This document shows, piece after piece, positions 58,531-64,000 of a stretch of DNA of 64,000 bases. The notes below the pieces were generated by a model, which did no database searches, was not told the DNA's origin, and worked only from the letters and a program-made list of their open reading frames with translations. This DNA is from Flaccisagitta enflata (lineage: Eukaryota), in contig OZ231126.1 in NCBI GenBank assembly GCA_965153355.1, forward strand, positions 40,734,001 through 40,798,000. The letters are read 5' to 3'. Each line of letters opens with the position of its first letter. Positions within the stretch are counted from its first letter, which is position 1. The translations under genes and the position numbers were made by a program.

Positions 58531-60523
58531 CATTTCACTCTTTTGGATGTCACTCTTCATGTCCGTCTATCTTCCCCCCCTTCTGGAGACCTGAAGCCCC
58601 ATTAAAGCCTAATGAGGCCTGAAATCTTGTTCTAGAGCCTGAAACTAGCCCAAAATAAGCCAAAAATCGGCCCTAAAAGCCTGGAAAGTGCCCTTCCAAG
58701 CCAAAAATTGCTGAATTCATTAAAGACTGAAATCAGTCTTCACTTGCTCTATCCTGAGAGCAGCCCTCACATGCATGAAGCCCCAATCTAGACCGTCCAA
58801 CTCTAAAATCTAGTCTTTAGAACCTGAAATCAACCCTCTTAGGCTCTTGGGCTCTGTAAAGCCACCCCCCCCTCCTGCATTTGTTCCCCGGATGTATGAA
58901 AAGTCACCCCTAATCTCAGCCCACAATCTTGTGACAGGAATTCAGGAACTGTGAATCATATATAATCCTTGATTGATTTGGAGTTTGTACCAGCATATCA
59001 GCCCCCTAAGATCCAATCAGGGCTGTAAAGAGAAATAACGCCCCTCCCCCCCATTGACTATTCTGGTCAAACCTGCCCCCCTTATATTGTTCTTTTACTG
59101 CATAGAAATTCGCTTCAATGATTTTTTGCTTGTCTTTTTTTTCTTTTTTTTTCTCACACATTAGGGGGCCCTTAAGCCCCCTTAGGGTCTGGGCCCCTAT
59201 CTTAGATGGGGGTGATCCCCCTCTGTATGACCCTGGATCTGATTGAGCCACCTGGCCATACATGGGGACCCTCACAGCCTTGATTTGAGCTCATCAGTAC
59301 TTAGATCAAGTGTCAAGGAGAAATTCACAATTTTGTCATTCCGACATGCCTCATTGAGAATCAAGAATTTGCATAAAAAATGAAAAACTGCAAAAAAGAA
59401 AAACATAAGCACCTGGCAAAATCCAATATCTAGGTGCTCATGTTTTTGGAAATGCAAAATTGTTCTTGGTTTTCCGTATTCTTGATTCTCAAATTCCAAA
59501 ATGTTTTTTTCCAAAACCCTTGATTGCCACACATCTCAACAAAAAAATTGTAAAAACGCATGTTAAAATGGTCGCAGGGGGATGAAATTTGAACTGCAAG
59601 TGGATGACACATCCGGTTAACTTGTCCTAAAATCTTGTGCCGCTGCGCCATCAGGAAGTGCGCCAAATCATAGCAGATTCAATTTTTGCCAAAATTTTTC
59701 ATTTTTCATTATATTTTGGCTATTTCTATATTTATTTTTATTTTGGCATTAAGATTTTAAAGATAAGGGTGACAATTTTTTTCACACAAACCTTATGATA
59801 GCCTGAGTGGATTTCATCCAAAAACAGGACTTGAAACCACAATATGTGTTGTCAACAGCGTAAATAAGTCATGATGTCTGGATCATTACAGCGTTTTTTT
59901 GAGATTTTCTTATTTTTCTTTAAGAGAGATCACTTCAGTTAGGACTCTTAGGAGCCCACAAGAGTGTCATCTGCCTGGGAAATGACAATATGATGTCTAT
60001 TTTGCCAGCAGAACATATTTTTGGTCAAAAATGAGAGTTTTTGATGCAAAATTATATGCAAAAATCACGTGACTAGCTAATTCACTTTTATCTTTCTCCG
60101 TGTCATACATAAGTGTCATGTATTCCGTTGGCGTTATTATGGCGTTATCGTCCCAAAAAGGGGAACGACGTATCAAAACTCCTAGTATGCAGCAGTTTCA
60201 AAACGTCCAAAAAACCATTTATGCATACAACAACGTCCTTTTGTGGTTGTAATCTGGGTAATGTGAAATTGGTGTTGAGGGCCTGACAGGGTGGCATAAA
60301 ATTATTAGCTCTGGACTAGTGGACCTATGATAGCATAAAAGCCCTGGTTAGCAATTCACAGAGCACAAGAATCCCTAAGGGTAACTTCACCCCAGCCCTT
60401 TACACAAAATCACACTAAGGTAGTAATCTCAGGTAATCTCTTGTAACTTCAGGTAACCTATATTTGTAACTATCTCTGAAGTTATAAATCCCTAATAAAC
60501 AGCCCTTACAAATAATTCAGCAG

Positions 60524-61914
60524 TGTTAGAACAATAAACAACCCAAGTTTATTACAGGAACAGGAATTATCAGACAGTATTTACACAATGAAGTTTTAAG
60601 GTATATGATCACACAGTTAAAATAACCTCCCTCTCAAGTTTCCTACTAATTTAGAGTATTTTATATATTTTAATATCTTAGCATCTATTTTAGAGTATAG
60701 TATATATATTACCCACTTTATACAAAATCACATCACTTAACTTAAGACTCTTGCTAATGTCACACCTCTAAGGAGATGGAATACACTGGTCACACCTCTA
60801 CTGAGATGGAAGTCTCACCTCTACTGAGGTGGAATTACACAAATCTCACCTCTACTGAGATGGAATTACACAAGTCTCACCTCTACTGAGATGGAATTAC
60901 ACAAGTCTCGTCTTGGCAGACGGATAAAAGGAGATGAATGGCGTGATTGAGAGATGAGATTCAATACTTAAGTTAGTAATATGCAAATGCTAAATTGTAA
61001 CTAAGTTATTTATGAGTAATTTATGAGTAATTGATAAGTTATTAACGAGTTATTTCTAAGTCATTAACAAGTTATTACTAAGTTATCTTTAAGTTATTTA
61101 TATAAAGGTATTTATTAGGAAATCTTTATCTTGATTGACCAATATATGATCTTGAATGACAAGGATCTCTACCTTTTAATTGTTGAGAGACAGGAAGAGA
61201 TATCTTCACTTGGAAGTCCAAAATTGGAATGAATCTCATGCTCTGGGCGCGCTCCTTTTATACCCCTCCAAGGGCCCATCGCGCGCCGATTTGGCTTGTT
61301 TCTAGAGCCAGCGTATTTTTGGTTCAAATTCGTAGCCAGCGCGTAACCATTTCCTTTTAATTTGTATGTTACATCGCGATCGCCCGCCTTGATTCCCATG
61401 CGCGGCTCTAGAATGGAGCCGCATTTTGGCTCTACGACGGAGCAGCGGGTTTTGGCTCGATTCTAGAGCCGTTTCCTTTTATTTCTTTGTTACAAAATCA
61501 AGTTGGGGGCCTAGGCTCTACTCTAGAGCCAGATACTCCTGTATCCATACTACAAATGACCCGGTGCATAGCCCACAGCCCAAACTACACACTTCCCTTC
61601 ATTTCTGAGTACGGATTTGAGTTCAGCACCCCATTTTACCCCCATTTTTCCCATTTTTCATGTGATCAATTCCCTTGTACAATGATTCAATGAATACAGT
61701 ATTACGAAATACTGTAGATGAGGGTAAATAACAAGATACATAACAGTAAATGAATGATAAACCAATGTCTGTTTAAGAGCTAATGAATTTCAAGTAATTG
61801 AATACTTAATTGCTAACTGAAAAGATACATACCATACTAAACCTATACCCGTTGATACACCATTCAATGACACTATTATGACAAAAATGCTCCTGGTATA
61901 CCTTTTTTACAACA
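60524..61914 (-). mobile_element. Possible solo LTR with internal 31-bp tandem repeat
   Basis: TGTT...AACA termini; on the - strand TATAAAAG near 61262-61255 and AATAAA near 60553-60548; repeat TCTCACCTCTACTGAGATGGAATTACACAAG at ~60760-60910. No TSD found. Confidence 0.4.
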
Positions 61915-62009
61915 CTGGGGTTTCAAAACGCAGGCATAGTTGCCGTTTTGAAACCGCGTTTTTTTGGAGTATCAAAACTGAATGAAAAGGGCTTTTGAAA
62001 ACATGACTA

Positions 62010-62628
62010 CACAGTGGGCCTTAATTAGATATGGGTTCAAAAAAATCCTCAGCAGTAGTGACTTGTATAAATAGGTAAAATTTATAGTGAAGAATTGATA
62101 TTGACCCTTAAAAAAAAATTTCCCTTGAAAGTTTTCGCAAAAATCACTAAAATATATCCATTTTCTTATATATTTATACATAGATCTCAATGATCCATCA
62201 ATTTTGAAATTCTGATTCCAGTTCCATATTCCTGGTAAAATTTCCAATCATTTGATAGGTCACACTATATGATTTCATGTAAAAATAAAATTTTCGTATT
62301 TTAGGCCACCGTTGCATTTTTGTAACGGTGACATAGAAAATGAAAATTTTATTTTTACATGAAAGTATATAGTGTGACCTATCAAACAATTGGAAATTTT
62401 ACCAGGAATATGAATCTTGAATCAGAATTTCAAAATTGATAGATCATTGAGATCTATCCAGAAATATATAAGAAAATGGACACATTTTAGTGATTTTTGC
62501 GAAAACTTTCAAGGGAAATTTTTTTCTTAGGGGTCAATATCGATTTGTCACTATAAAATGTACCTATTTATACCAGTCACTACTGCTGAGGATTTTTTTG
62601 GACCCATATCCAATTAAGGCCCACTGTG
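62010..62628. mobile_element. Foldback MITE, ~290-bp TIRs, CACAGTG termini, 4-bp TSD (ACTA), Chapaev-like
   Basis: 62010-~62296 mirrors ~62342-62628; ACTA flanks both ends. Nested in a larger element with inverted GGCATAGTTGCCGTTT (~61933 / ~63789-63804). Confidence 0.85.
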
Positions 62629-64000
62629 ACTAAAATAACATTTCTTTCTCACTTCTAGCCATTTTTTTTCTTTTTAAACTGAAGAAATGAGCTTTTTCAA
62701 ACAGTGGCAGTGACATTGGTAGTAAGATTATGAAATTTGAAATCGCCGTTCCCATAAGCAATTTTTTTGCAGTTATGAAACTGTAAAAAAGTTGCTTGTA
62801 AAAACGTTTCATAAATTCTGTTTTTTGCAGTTTCAAAACCTCAATTTTTTGCAGTTTCAAAACTTTGAAAAATAAGCTTTTTGTAACGTCCTTCAAAGTA
62901 GTAAAACATTACACATAAGCAAATTTACATAAAATACAAGTGACATGGAGTCACAATTCAACAACAATAGGACGGCAAGCCCATTTTTAGTCGCGTGCTA
63001 CACGACTCTACACCCTGCTTTGTCCATATGTATGAAAGCATAAGTCATCAACCCCTTTGGGGCCGCTGGCCAAAAGGATGTCTTCCAGATTTAGTTTTAT
63101 GGAAAACCACGAGTGGCGCTCGTATCCATTTATTTCAGTTTGGGTAATGTTAGGGAAATTGTTCCACCTAGCATACTACGCGAATAAAGAAAAAGCCGCA
63201 CTTTTGACAATTTATCATATTAAATTTCAAAATAATTAAACAAAATCTTAGACCATTTTGAACATCTTAAAGAGATCTTTCATTTGGCTCCAATCTGGTA
63301 TTTCTAGCTTTATTCGTTTAGAAATGGCATAAAAAAGAGTGAAAACATTGCCATTTTCAGTTTTGCAATCCTATTGAAAAAAAAAGAGTATTTTTGAAAA
63401 CAAGAGGTTCACTTTGGCAAGCTCTATCTCCTAAATGGTTTGAGATACAGACCTGGGGTTAATCTAGACTGAAATAAAATTCAAAAGTCTTTAAAATCAG
63501 TTGAACAAAACAATTTTGAATTAATTTTTTGTGTCTCTTCCGCTCAGCTACAAAAGGGTGCGGCTTTTTTTTTATTTTGCGTAGTATAACCATTTTTCAA
63601 TTTCTAAACACATTTTTTCTTAGTTTCAATACTTCAATTTTTTGCTTTTTTAAAACGGTAAAAAAGCCGATAAGATTACAAAGATATGTAGATTTTTTCT
63701 CTTGCTGGCTATAACTTTAGCTCTGTTTTCAAGCGTTTTGAAACGCAAAAATCTCATGGTTTTAAAACTTTAGAATTGCAAAGTTTTGAAACGGCAACTA
63801 TGCCACAAAATTCGTTTCAAAAGTTGCGCATACTTGTGGTATTGAAACGACAATATTAGATCGTTTTAAAACTGTATAAGAACGCTCGTTTCAAAACGGC
63901 TTTTTTAAGCATTTTTGTGACAAAAATTCATAATTTTTGTAACAAAAATCCACTTTTTTGCATTTTTGAAACGATTTTTGGCGGTTTGATACGTTATAAA

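Noticed and set aside
60760-60910. 31-bp repeats as a CRISPR array
   Set aside because: Direct tandem copies without spacers.

Overview
AT-rich, microsatellite-dense eukaryotic DNA, probably from an invertebrate animal; most ORFs in the track are simple-repeat artefacts. Positions ~1.2-15.4 kb hold a Polinton/Maverick-like endogenous DNA virus that the ORF track largely misses because two of its genes are split by spliceosomal introns. On the + strand is a ~16-exon gene for a superfamily-3 (parvovirus NS1-like) helicase, open through exons 2-16. Converging on it from the - strand are a frameshifted protein-primed family-B DNA polymerase, an Arg-rich protamine-like ORF, an 8-exon Maverick-type major capsid gene (one frameshift, one stop) and an acidic protein ending in a linker-histone (H15)-like domain. 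Several helicase introns are themselves inverted-repeat elements. No integrase, packaging ATPase, protease, penton or element TIR was recognised. The remaining ~48 kb has no recognisable host gene: Helentron/DINE-like interspersed repeats, MITEs, tandem duplications of ~1.4 and ~4.65 kb, micro/minisatellites and a possible solo LTR. Gene models were spliced and translated by hand; family calls rest on remembered motifs, not database searches.
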